A stretch of DNA of 64,000 bases from Paraphysomonas bandaiensis (taxonomy: Eukaryota > Protista > Chrysophyceae). The stretch covers positions 806,001-870,000 of the forward strand of contig CBFFRP010000297.1 in the NCBI GenBank assembly GCA_965644295.1, written 5' to 3'. Below, one piece after another: positions 1 through 12,872 of the stretch (position 1 is the stretch's first letter; each line of letters begins with the position of its first letter). Position numbers and translations under genes: made by a program. Under the pieces are notes generated by a model. It worked only from the letters and a program-made list of their open reading frames with translations, was not told the origin of the DNA and made no database searches.

Positions 1-2104
1 GCTTCATAAGAGAGTGTGTAGTGTGTTGATGGAGTGTGAATAATATGATCATATTATGACAGTCGTTATTGCCGTTCTATTTGTTGTATTGTGAGCTATT
101 ATCACTTTATCAGAACATATATATATGTCGTACATAAAACAATGAATTTGTTGATTACAAACATTACGATATCAAGTACCAGTAAATGCCATTCATGGGT
201 GCCCAGTTCCCGGAAATTATATGCCTAACCCTAATCCTAATCGAATAGTTCTGCCCCTTTCTGAGAGCGTACCCTAGTGAAGTCCTAGTGTTGACTAAGC
301 TAAGTAACGTATAGATTATTAATAAAAATCTCAGCGTATTATTCGTGTGTTGGCATCAAGAAAGCTCTAGCTAGATCTACATTATACCTGCATAGCCTAT
401 ATGAGATTACGAGAAACCCCGTGCATTCTAGGGGAGGGAGGGGGGCGGCCAATGTCACACTAGACCTATACTGAGTCATGCATGGTCACGAGAATCCCCG
501 CGTAATCTTTGTTAGGTAATAATGGGAATGTACACATGGTCCTACTAGAATCTGCGCGAATTACATATATAAAAGTCATGCATAGTTATGAGAAATCCCG
601 CGTAATCTCAGCAAAGGTTAACACAGGTGGAGGAGACTACAGAACTGCGCGTGATCTATGTGGTCAGCTACGCTGGTACACGGGTGGGTGGGTAGTAGAA
701 TCAGTGCTATATCTCGGTGTTTTAGGTGGGGCACCAGCCAGCCTACACTATGGCCACGCCCTCGGAATGGGGCAAGTTCATTTGGTGTTTACTTATAAAG
801 TAAAAAATTATATTACGATAGTTAAATAACAAATTCCAGTGAACTAAAAATAGAAATATACGAACGTTGGCTTAAAAATTGAAATCGTAGTAAATATCTC
901 TTCATTTCTGAAGTGGAACAAAAGAACTGCCATAGCGTGCAACTAAATATCACTTATTCTTGATGCCGACTTTCCGTTTCTTCTGTATATCAGGTTAACA
1001 AAAGAGGTAAGGATATAATATTACATTCGTGGATGAATTCGTTTTTCTTCCACTAGAAGTTCTCTTCTGGTAGGCGGAGTCGAAATCGAAATCCGAGTAG
1101 TTAGAGCACTCGTCGTCTTGGTACTCTTCTTTTACCTCAACTTCACATTTCACATGAGTCTGCCTTCATTCAAGAGTTTATATGAGTATCAAACATGTTC
1201 ATAGTTATACTTGTATCCTCTAGATGCACAAGTGAAACATAAAGTCTGATTCTTGTTGGTGTTTCTGGAATTGAATGTCTGGCGGTTTGAACAGTTCTGT
1301 GTTACCTCTGATCCGCAGTCTACACAACAGTTTACGTCAGTCATATTCCAAACACCATTGGCACTCCCCAACAACAACACATGCCGTTCAATCGGAGTAT
1401 ATTTGTCTAACATCTTGTTAACAGCATCAACTTCAGAAAAGGCATCGTATCTTGGAGATGACAATGTGCTGTCATGTTGTACTGGTGGACCAGGCTCACT
1501 TGTCGTGCATATGTCCTTTCGTGGCTATGTATTCTTGTTGACATGACGACCACGATGACAGGGAAAAGTTATCGGAGCACAATCATCATCACTATCCAAC
1601 GCCATCACAAGCTGTTCAATCGGAGTAAACTTATCTGACATTACTTATATAAGTAACTCATATGTGCAAGTATGATATGAATATCTGAGCGATCTCTCAT
1701 CAACTCAGAGCATACACGGACATGAAGAGCGGAAGATTCTTTGAAGTTTGATGATTGAGAAATCAAAAAGTGTGTTATTTAGCAAGAAAAAGCAGTTTTT
1801 TGTTCTATACAGTTTTTTGATGACCAATATACCATATATTTGTGATTTGACCGGATGTCAGATGCCTGGAATGACTGTATCTATATACCATACTACGTAC
1901 TGCTGTACTCTTGGAATTCCTGATACTTCCTTCTCTTCAAAACAATGTGAATACAAAAAATGGTGATTACAATGATATGAAAACCCATTTTTAAGGAAAA
2001 TCTATATATTATCTACCATATATTTCTAAAAAACTAGGTTTCCATACCATTGATCGCCATTTTTTTGCCTTCCAATTCATACTATACTCTGTACGTATAG
2101 ACCA

Positions 2105-2214
2105 TACAGCAGTGGTGCTTGTGCCCGTTTACATCATACCCGTTTATGGGGGGGGGGGTACGAGAGTATAGGTATGTGCTGTACAGCAGTGGTGCTTATG
2201 CCCGTTTACATCAT
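2105..2214. repeat. ~33-bp direct repeat pair (tacagcagtggtgcttRtgcccgtttacatcata) flanking a poly-G run
   Basis: Copies start at 2105 and 2182, directly upstream of the gene at 2406. Confidence 0.8.
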
Positions 2215-2405
2215 ATACATATAGACCAGTACAGTACTGTACTGTATATAGATACGACTGTACAGTGCTGTTGATCCCTTCACACCCTCTCTACCCATCT
2301 GACATCACTATCAGTTTAAACCTCTCATGATATATATATATATAGATACATAATCTCATTATATATTATCCTTTAATTTTATTCAATGATTCACTGAGAT
2401 TATTA

Positions 2406-5400
2406 ATGAAGAAATTATTAAATATCTTCTCTAGGGAGACTCATGAAACGAGTGGTCGTAAAATCGGATATACCAAATATTTTCTTGGTCTTATAACATG
2501 TTTAACAACGATATTAGCCCTACCTTTGATAAGAATTGAATTAAAGGCGAATAGTATAGAAAGTACAGTTGCTGCAGCTGTTTATTGGGTTGTTGTAAGT
2601 TTTTTTGGGTTTATTATTATAGTATACCCATGGTGGCTCGCAACTTCTAGTAGTCCTATTTATTACAATCGACTTCAGAAGTACACGAAACTTATTGCCT
2701 TTGTAAGCTTCGTACTAGTTGCTGCACGTAGCTTAACCGCACCTGCCGAACCTTTTCAGTATGAAAAGCCTGGGAAGACAACACTTGCTTTTAAACTAGT
2801 ATCTGGATTCTGGTGGATATCCTCTCTATTCGGGTTCCTATTGCTGCTCCCTGTACTCATTCGCAGGGAGAAGTTGTTTAGATCAAAGTCTCTTGCTCTT
2901 TTCACTTTTGTGATACCATATGTAATGGTAATGTTTGCGGGAGTAGTTCTCCACGAGTGGACTGGAAATGGCATGATTACTGCATACAGTCCTCTTGTGC
3001 TTATAGTTCTGTACTACGTTGTGGTATTGCTAGAGGGTCTTGCCAAGCCAAACAAAGGTTCGAAATCCCAATTTGATGAGGCTTATATCATGGTGGCAGG
3101 TCAGATGTTTGAACCCACTGTTGTACTGTTTCATTACTCGTGTAGGTTTTGTACCATTCTGGTTAGGAAGTGTCTTAGGCGGTTCTTTACTGGTATATTC
3201 ATGACTTGTTGCAAACAAGCTATCTGCTTAATATTCTACAATATGCAGGTGCTGGTGAGCACAGTGGGACCACTTGGCACGGTTGTGATATTTGGCGCGT
3301 GGAGAATGCTTATCTTTGTGTTTGAAGTAATATCGGCAGAGACAGGCTCCAGGGCATCCAGAACAGCAGATGGGAGCGTGTTTGCGTTCTGTGCGATATA
3401 CACAGGTACTCGCTGCAAGTTTCATACAGCACTTTTTATGATTTACCTTAGGGGCCACATACGCGGAGTTTATCTTTCTAAGTGTGGTTTTTAATTCGGT
3501 AAAATTTTGGGCGTTGTTAGCGATAGAGGTAATGATGATAGTATTTTGGTATGGCGGGATGATGATTGACATAAACGATTTTGTGGTGGAATACGTTCCG
3601 AGCAACTGCTACTTGCTGCGGATGTTCAAGACCCTGTTTATTAATTTTTACTTCACTCCTTATGAAATTGCACAAGAGGCAGCTAAACGACCAGGATCAC
3701 AGGCGAACGCTGAGATTCAATTGGCACTGATACGCAGTCGCGCAATGGTGGTGCAGATTACGTGGACGACTAATGATATTAAAATGGCATCGGAGTTTCA
3801 GTCTCTTGCTTGTGCTGCTACAGCAGTGGCAGCTGATATCTTCTACAGCTACTACAACGTCGGTGAAGACTTTATTCCGGAAAGTATTCAAACCAAAAGA
3901 GAGCTAATGTATATATACCTTGTCAACCTCGCAGCTTTGTTTTTGGCCCAGGCAATGGCACGACGTCAGCTTAAAAACAAGGTGTGTGCGTTATTTAGCA
4001 ACATTGACTCGAAGTTATATGCGCTGTGTGGATGTAGGTGGGGAATCTCAAGAAAGATATACGACAGGTGGTCGCCCGAGTCGTATCTGAGCGCCGAAAG
4101 GGAGCCCGAGTGTCAATGGAATCCATACACTCAGAGGATAGTCGTGTCTCTGGACTGACCACTAATCCAGCATTCGGTAATCCTGAAAGACTAGAAAGTC
4201 GGACGTCATCTAGAGATTTGGATGTGTCGAGTGGCTCCATGGAGACAGAGAAGCAGAATGACAGATCTTCATTGAAAAACTTCACGAAGATGCTGCCTGA
4301 TCTTCAGGGAATGATGGATCGTCACAAAAGCACATCAGGACAGACTAGGGCTCAGTCTGAAGTTGATGAGGAAGAAGAGGCATTCAATGACCTTTGTAAT
4401 ATTCTTGAAATGACTGCAAAGTTTGCTCCGCCGGAGAAGAAAGAGACATCGGAGAACCGAAGGAGGTCCAGCAACTTCTTATCATATGACTTCTACGGCA
4501 CTGTGGATGATATCCCAGCGGATGAAGATGAATTTGCAGCTGACGATTGGGGTGATGTTGACATTGTTACCAGTGGAGGAGGTGGTCGCCGTATGTCAAT
4601 ATCGTCACCCCCTATGGAGGGGTACTTGAAGAAGCAGAAACCTGGAAGTACGCGGTATCAAAGGCGGTACTTCTTACTCACTTCTCGAAATATGTTGCTT
4701 TACTATAGTGACAAGAGTGATGTTACTGATCATGTCGGCAGTGCTAAGGGTGTCATTGCATTAGCCGATGTAACATCGCTGAATCAATCTTCATCTTCTC
4801 CTTGTGACCTCGAACTCGTCACGCCTAGTAGAGTATATCGCTTGCAGGCTTATACCGTAGATGAAGCAATGATGTGGTACGGTGCATTATATAGTCGAGT
4901 TGGTGGGAAAGGGGATAAAGAGAATAACTCAGATATTAATGTTCGTCTGTTGGAAGAAGGCGGTGGTGAAGGTGTGACGGCTCCTTCTCACATGCGTCGC
5001 GGGTCTATTGGAGTTAGGCGTGCGTCTGCCAGCAAAGACCCTGATATTGCATTATCTGTTACCATCGATGACCTACCTGAGAAACGTGGAATGCTCAAGC
5101 GTAAAAATATGTTTTTTTATCAAGAGAGATGGGTGGAACTGCGGCGTCCAGGGTTATTATCGTGGTACACTAGCTATTCTGAGGTCGAATCTAACCACGA
5201 GACTCATGCAGGCACGATATCTACTTCTGATATTATATCAGTGCAGCAAATTGCATCGAACCAATGTTTCTTCGACGTGGATGTCAAGGGACGCACGTAT
5301 CAGTTCCAGGCAGATTCCGAAGGTTTGGCCAAAGAATGGTGCGAGGCTCTGTCTGCTTGGGTACAACATTATGCCGTGGAAATGGAATTCGCAAGGCACC

Positions 5401-8400
5401 GCGCCGGGTCCACTGTTAGGTTGGTAGAGGATGCAGTTGATGTAGATTGGCTGCGCCGATCTAGTTTTTTTATGGCTGGCCGGAAATCGGAGGATATGGA
5501 TAGAGATAGTTTGGCGATGATGAAATTTAGTCGACGCAATACCCGCCGAGCATCTTTGGTTGTACGTTGTAGCGATGTGGAGAACGAAATTAATGTTGAT
5601 GTATCAAGACTTCCCGAAAGAAAGGGTTGGGTCAGGAAAAAAGGAGGCAGGAACGCTGTATGGCAACGCAGATGGATTCAAATTTCTCAACCTGGCATTC
5701 TGAGTTGGTATGTATCTGACAAGGACGCACTGGAGGGTCAAGAGAAAGCCAAAGGTTCCATCGAGATATGTAACATACTGTCGGTTGAGCAACCCCACAC
5801 AGATCTCTGTTGCATTGATGTTAACGTCAAGGGGCGGACGTATGAGCTCCAGACGTATACTCTCGCAGAGGCCCGCGGATGGTGTGATGACCTAGCTGCC
5901 TGGATGACTTATCACAGCAGTGCCGCCACTCACTGCAGAAGTACCTCTGTGGGCCACTCCTACAGACGGAGTGGAGTACAAAACCGAAATAGTGGACATG
6001 ATTTTTTTAGTGATATCGACGAAACCATCGCATCGTTGCCTGAGAAAAAAGGATATCTAATGAAGAGAGGAGTGGGTCACACCAATTGGCAGCAAAGATG
6101 GTTTGAGCTTATTCGCCCTGGTAAGCTATTGTGGTACAACAGTGAGAGGTCTGCATCCGGTGGACATTCAAAGGCGAAGGGTAAACTGCAGATGCTGGAA
6201 GTACTGTCTGTGGAGTTATCCCCAAGCGAACCTTCTCGCCTCGACATTGATGTTAAAGGGCGTACGTACGAGCTGCAGGCGTTCTCAACAGAGGAAGCTA
6301 AGGAGTGGTTGAGTGTGTTCATTCAGTGGGTAGAGGAAATATCTTTGGCCATTGATGTCAACTCAGCTCAAGCCTTGTCCAAATTTGGTGCTGAATCTGT
6401 TGATATTGCACCTGAAGACGCCCTGATAAAGCGCTCATCATTGGGTTACTTGTCCGGTAAACGTGTTTCCTCAACAGCGGAGTATATGGCGCACATTCAC
6501 AACGATGACTTCAAAGCAAGGGGTGTGCAAGATTTACCAGAGAAGAAAGGGTACATGTTGAAGAAAGGAGGGAACAATGGAACATGGCAGAAGCGTTGGG
6601 TTGAAGTCGTTCAGCCTGGTGACTTTTGCTGGTTCGGAAGCGAGAATGAATCACACCGACGTGAAAAGGTTAAAGGCTCTTTTTCAATGTTTGAGGTTCT
6701 GTCGGTAGATCAGCGCCCTCAGAATTGTGTAAACGTAAGCATAGATGGTCGTACCTACGAATTTCAAATATTTAACAGCGAAGAATATAATGAATGGCTA
6801 CGTGTGTTGACTGCTTGGACTAATTTCTGCTCTCGAAGTATGTCGTCATCAATTGGCGACTCATTGCCCATGGAAGACAAGGTTCACAATGATTATTTTG
6901 ATTCTCTTCCTGAGAAGTCTGGGTTTATGAAGAAGCGGGGGGGTATAGGAAGCACCATTTGGCAACGACGATGGTTTGAGCTACGCCGTCCCGGCATATT
7001 GTCGTGGTTCAACAGTGACGAAGAGGCTAGTCAAGGCCAGTCGAAATTGAAGGGTTCGATTTCCTTGTCAGACGTTCTTATGGTTGCATTGTCGAAAGAT
7101 GACCCCTGTGATATAGACCTAGATGTTAAAGGTCGTACATATCAGCTTCAAACTTACAGTGATGTTGACGCCCGTGGGTGGTGTGATATACTTAATGCGT
7201 GGATGGAATACTACCAGTCCCAGCACGAGGGACAGAAACGTAATACTGATGGTAGTCATCTGTCAGCAAATTGTGGAATTGATAGTAGTGTACCGGTTGA
7301 CTCTGACCACCACAGCAGTAGTAAATCACCACCTCTGGAAGAAAAAAAAGGAGTACTGAAAAAGAAAGGGGGAAGTCATGGTGGCTGGCAGCAGAGGTGG
7401 TGTGAGCTCACTGACCCTGGGGTGTTGTCATACTATGTTAGTGAGAGCGACGCTGCCAATGGACCCGCTAAGGCGAAAGGTTACATTGCTCTACCAGCCG
7501 TGCTAGCGATTCAACGTGCGACTTGTGATACTTGTACTGTAGAAGTAGTTGTCAAGGGCCGTGTTTACGAATTTCAGGCACCGACAGAGAGTGAGGCAAA
7601 TGCATGGTACGCTTGCTTATGTGCTTGGAAAGAATATGCTCGCGAGCATGCGGCATTATTTGACCCGATGAACTTGAAGTTACCATTGCCTCCCGTTGTG
7701 GAGCGTTTAGGTAGTTCCGATTCGTGTGTATCGGAGCCTTTTCCGGATGACATGACAGATCTGCCAGAGCACAGTGGGTTTCTCAAGAAATATGGTGGGT
7801 CGAATCGGAATTCGTTCCAAACACGGTGGTTTTACTTGCGTAAACCCGGTGTACTGGAGTGGTTTGACAGTGATGCTGATGCAGGTGATCCTGATAAAGT
7901 GAAGGGTTCGATTAGATTGGATGATATATTAATGGTTAACCAGTCTAGTGAAGATATATGTTGTATAGATGTTGACTTGAAGGGCTCTACATATCAGTTA
8001 CAAGCCTACAGCGTAGAAGAAGCACAAGAGTGGTATGAAGTCATGCAAAGATGGCTAGAATATATGCTTTCGAAAGAAGCTACTGCTCAAGCTAATGAAA
8101 ATTTACCCCAGAAACTCTCTTTTCGACTATTAAAGTTTACAACAGATTTAAAGTTGAGAACTGCTGCAGAGATGACTCCGCAGGGTACTTCCGAGCGTGA
8201 TACCTTGAGCAAACCCGCGAAAATGTCAGGACAACTGAAGAAGAAAGGTGGTTCCCATGGAAGCTGGCAGCAGAGGTGGTGTGAAATTACCCACCCTGGG
8301 GTGTTGTCGTATTACGGCAGTGAGCGTGACGCAGCCGGTGGATTGTCTAAGGCAAAGGGTTTTATATCTCTGACAGACGTACTCTCTGTGAGCCGCTCCT

Positions 8401-11400
8401 CTAGCGATTCATGTACGATAGATGTTGCTGTGAGAGGCCGTGTGTATGAATTCCAAGCGGCTTCAGTAGATATTGCAGATGAATGGTTGGCATGTGTGGT
8501 AAAGTGGGCAGAGTATGCCTATTTAGATAAGGACTTGTGTGTGGGTATTAGTTCCAGATTTTCTATAGGTAGTGAGTGGTCGTCAGTGTCAAAGCTGGAA
8601 ACTGAAGCACCGAACACCGAAAGCTTCATGGGCTTGACAGAAAAATGTGGTTATGTAAAAAAAATGGGCGGAGGAAGTCAGTGGCAACAGAGGTGGATGG
8701 TTATACAGAGCCCGGGAATACTTTCTTGGTATAGCAGCGAAACAGATGCTAAGCAAGGCCAAGCAAAGGCTAACGGTGCATTGACGCTGTCGGATATCTT
8801 ATCTGTCGAATTGACGAATGGTGATCCATGTAGGTTTGACGTGGACATCAAAGGTCGCACGTATCAGTTCCAGGCATACTCTTCCACTGACGCCAGGGCA
8901 TGGTATGATGTACTTTTGAACTGGACTTCCCAATGCGCTTCGGCTAGAAATACGTATACTATCGGTGACAATAGTTTATCGTTTCGCCGTATATGTACTT
9001 TAGATTCACCCGTTGCTGGAAGTTTATATTCATCAGACAAGCCGTCTAGTACTATATCAGGTGTTTTGAACAAAAAAAGCGGCAGTCATGGTAATTGGCA
9101 GCAGAGGTGGTGTGAGGTCACTGAGCCTGGAATTTTGTCCTATTATGCGAGCAGGGAAGATATGACGGAGGGGTTGTCTAAAGCACGAGGAAGTGTTGTC
9201 CTGACTGATGTTTTATCCGTGAATAAGTCGTCCAGTGATGTCAATGTCATAGAGATAGCTGTCAAGGGTCGAGTTTATGAATTCCAGGGCTGCAGTGAAG
9301 AAGAGTCTGCTCGTTGGCTAGGCGCATTGGTCGACTGGACGAAATATGCATGCCATAACACGAGTGCTTTTGGTGAGTTAAGGACACGTTTATCAGTCAC
9401 AGAGAAAATGCCTATGGAAGTTGAGCAACCTCATGATGAGTCAATGAAGTTGCTGACTGTAAAGCAAGGTTATGTGAAGAAAAAAGGCGGTAAAAATAAT
9501 CAATGGCAGCAGAGATGGCTCGAGCTGCAACACCCTGGAACGTTATCGTGGTATGCTACTGAGGTCGATGCTCAACAAGGCCTGAAGAGTGCAAAAGGCC
9601 ATTTTGCAATATCTGATGTTTTGCTTGTTGAGCTATCGAAGAGTGAACCTTGTAGATTTGACGTGGACGTCAAAGGGCGAACATATCAAATGCAGGCATA
9701 TTCTGAAGAAGAAGCACAGGTGTGGTACGCTGCACTGATGGAGTGGATGCGCTATTTTGCCTCAAGAGATACACTGAATCTAAATCAAGCTGATGAAGCT
9801 AGCGCTGATCGCAATTCTTTTCGTCGCACAAGCTTATTGAGTGGACCTGTTGTGGACAGAGATTCCCAAGATTTCCCTAGACTTAGCTCAAACACTCCCG
9901 AGTTTTTGCAGTTCCAAGATAGTTTACAGTTGGAAAAAATGTCAGGACAGCTGAAGAAGAAGGGTGGTTCCCATGGAAGCTGGCAGCAGAGATGGTGTGA
10001 AATTACCCACCCTGGGGTATTGTCGTATTACGGTAGTGAGCGTGACGCAGCCGGTGGATTGTCTAAGGCAAAGGGTTTTATAACTCTCGGCGATGTTTTA
10101 TCTATAAATCGCTCGTTGGAAGACTCTTGTATAATAGATATAACTGTTAAGGGTCGTGTATATGAATTCCGAGCGAATAATGAAGATATGACTGAACAAT
10201 GGCTCAAAGCACTGACATCATGGACAGAGTACGCGTGCCAGCACAAAGGATTGTTCCCTTCGGATATGCCAAAAAGTTATAGGTCATCGCTTGGAAGGGC
10301 TTCACTATCATCAAATCGGTTGAGTGATTTGTCCCTGGACAATTCATGTGAGCGAGAGTTGTATTGTCCTGTGGGGAAAAAAGGATTCCTCAAGAAAAGA
10401 GGTGGATCCAATGGCAATGTTTGGCAGCGACGGTGGTTTGAAGTTCAATATCCAGGAGAACTCTCATGGTACATCATTGACGGGGCGACGCGAAAATTGA
10501 AGGGGTCAATAATGCTAGCTGATGTTTTGTCAGTGCAAACGTCGCTTAGCGACTCCTGCCGTGTTGATGTTAATGTCAAAGGTCGCACCTATGAACTGCA
10601 GGCTTATGCTGAAGATGATGCCATACAGTGGGCTGATGCATTGACAGAGTGGGTAAAATTCGTACAGCCGGGGCGGTTGTCGCTTAGACATAGTACATTG
10701 ACTATGACAGATTACAAACGGCCAAGCTTGCAAGATATGCCGGAGAAACACGGCCTGATCAAAAAGAAAGGGGGTGTATGGGGAAACTCTTGGCAGCAGA
10801 GGTGGGTAGAGATTCGACGTCCAGGAGTTTTAGTATGGTATTTGAATGAGGATGATGCAAAATACGGCAAATCGAAAGAGAAAGGATCGCTGTTATTGTC
10901 ATCGATTTTATCTGCGGACCAGTCAACCGTATTTCCTGAATGCTTCGATGTAAACGTCAAAGGCAAATCGTTTGAGTTTCAAACAAGCTCCAGTGACGAA
11001 GCGTATCAATGGACTGCAGTTTTAGAGCAATGGGCGGCATACCTGGATCCCAATGCTTTCGAGTCCGATGAATCAGAGTCACCCATGGTGGATGAAAAGT
11101 CGGCAGCAGCTATTACGAAGAAGCCATTCAATGATAGAAATGCTACTTCTCGGGGTCTCTCTAAGAGAATGTCCGATCTACAAACTGTAGACGAGCTAGG
11201 AGAAGATGATTTCAGCGAAACCGACAACGAACTAGAAATAGGACTGCGTGATGTGGATGTATGTGTGGACGACATAATCGGTAATGAAGGCTTGAAGTGT
11301 CCGTCTGATGATCAACGGTTGGCTGAAGAGGACGAAGAGGTACAGTTAATACTACATGAAATTGTCGATAAAGTTGATGAGGATCACACACAAACATTGG

Positions 11401-12446
11401 TTCGTGAGGAGTGCCGTCTTGTGCTAGATGATATTTTGAATAAGATAGTAACATCTGTGGCGAGTGACGCATGTTTAGTGCCGACAAACGAGGAAAACCT
11501 AGAGATCACCGATGATCAATCTGATTCGAAAATCTATAGCTCTGAAATGTCAACTGATGCTATTGTAAATGATACCGCCTTTTCGCGAAGTGCTGGACAG
11601 GATACAGATATGCATAAGGAAGCGTCCATTAATATCGACTCCCCTTCAGACAAAGCGTCATACCCCCTCGTCCACTCAACAGTGTCAGATGAGATTTGTG
11701 AGGTACCGCTTGTGTCAGGTGAAAGTGAAAATGGTAATGGGAACCCAATTTCTACAGCTAGTGGTAACTCAGTTATCAGAAGCAGCACGACCAATGAGGG
11801 TGAACTGCCCTCGACGACCTCTCCCACGATTGAGGGATTGTATGAGGCTGTTGAAGCGAGTCCCAGCCATGGCCAAAGTAATGTTGTATCCACAGTGCCG
11901 GACAGTGGTTACAGCTGTGATGATGAAATTCCGACTGACCTGAGTACCTCTGATCTGAAGTCATCACACTCCTTGAGTCGCCTGTTTAGGGGCACTGACG
12001 GTGATGGTAGCGGAGTATACAAACGTTTGTCATCAGGGAACTCATTCGGTTCGGGCACTGGTGGCGATGACTATGTTGTAGTCAAGCAGCAAGACGCAGA
12101 GAATCAACTGCGAACTAAGTTGTCGCGGGAGAGCTCAGTGATTCCTAAGGCTTGGGACCCTGACCTGGAGGACATGGATTCAGTGCAGTACAATGAGGTA
12201 TGTGTTGAAGAAGAAGTGATAGAAACAAGAACTCGGAGAGCATCGGACTGTGCGCACAGGGAATACATGAAACTAAACTCCCAAACCGATGACGATGACT
12301 TCATGAATAAGTTAAGAACGAATTCATATCAGGATCTCAACAAGAAGTTTTGGGTCAAGCATAAGTGGTACTTGACTGCTGTTGTGTGTTATGTTACACT
12401 ACATGTTCTGCATGTAACGTCCTTTATTATAAGAGAGCGGGAGTAG
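2406..12446 (+). CDS. Giant polytopic membrane protein: ~11-12 N-terminal TM helices, 15 tandem PH domains, acidic low-complexity region, hydrophobic C-terminus (~3,278 aa, 5 exons)
   Basis: GT-AG introns 3100-3145, 3193-3248, 3406-3451 and 3982-4037 join ORFs 2406, 3484 and 4038 in frame. The 8.4-kb last exon has 15 repeats of GxLxKxG...WxxRW...L.(W/Y)(Y/F)...KG.I...GR.Y.(F/L)QA...W...L..W, the PH signature. Confidence 0.85.
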
Positions 12447-12872
12447 ATATTATTCCTGCGTGTTTGATCTAGATATAGTTTATGCAAGAGGTAGTCATAT
12501 GTGTACGAGTACTTGTATACAAGTAATTGTAGCAGTAGTAGGTGGTGTGATAGCATTTATTCTTGATTTTAATCAAGTGCTTACATATATTTTTTCTGTG
12601 GTTCATACGTACATGAAAACGAAGCTCCCTTTTCAGAAGAGTTTACATCTCTATCTTTACACCTTGTTGGATGGCATCTGCAGGATGTATGTTTCTAGCA
12701 GGTCATAGATAATAACATCCCTATATATCTGCTCATGAAAATTAGGTTACTGCATTAAAAACGGTCTCAAAAGTTGCAAAATTAAGAACTATGCACTTTC
12801 TTTTAATAAGTGTATATGTATTAGATGTTAGCTGTATATGGCTGAAGTAGTGTGGACATATGGACTACATGT

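Noticed and set aside
224-240. Telomere-like cctaaccctaatcctaa
   Set aside because: Only about three degenerate units at an internal position; not a telomere.
1189-1640. Minus-strand ORF with a repeated DK(Y/F)TPIE motif
   Set aside because: Fragmentary, with no family recognised; insufficient support for a gene call.
2406-4158. ORFs 2406-3494 and 3484-4158 as separate genes
   Set aside because: Canonical short introns join them to each other and to the 4038 ORF. The first two introns sum to 102 nt, which explains why the first ORF stays in frame across them.
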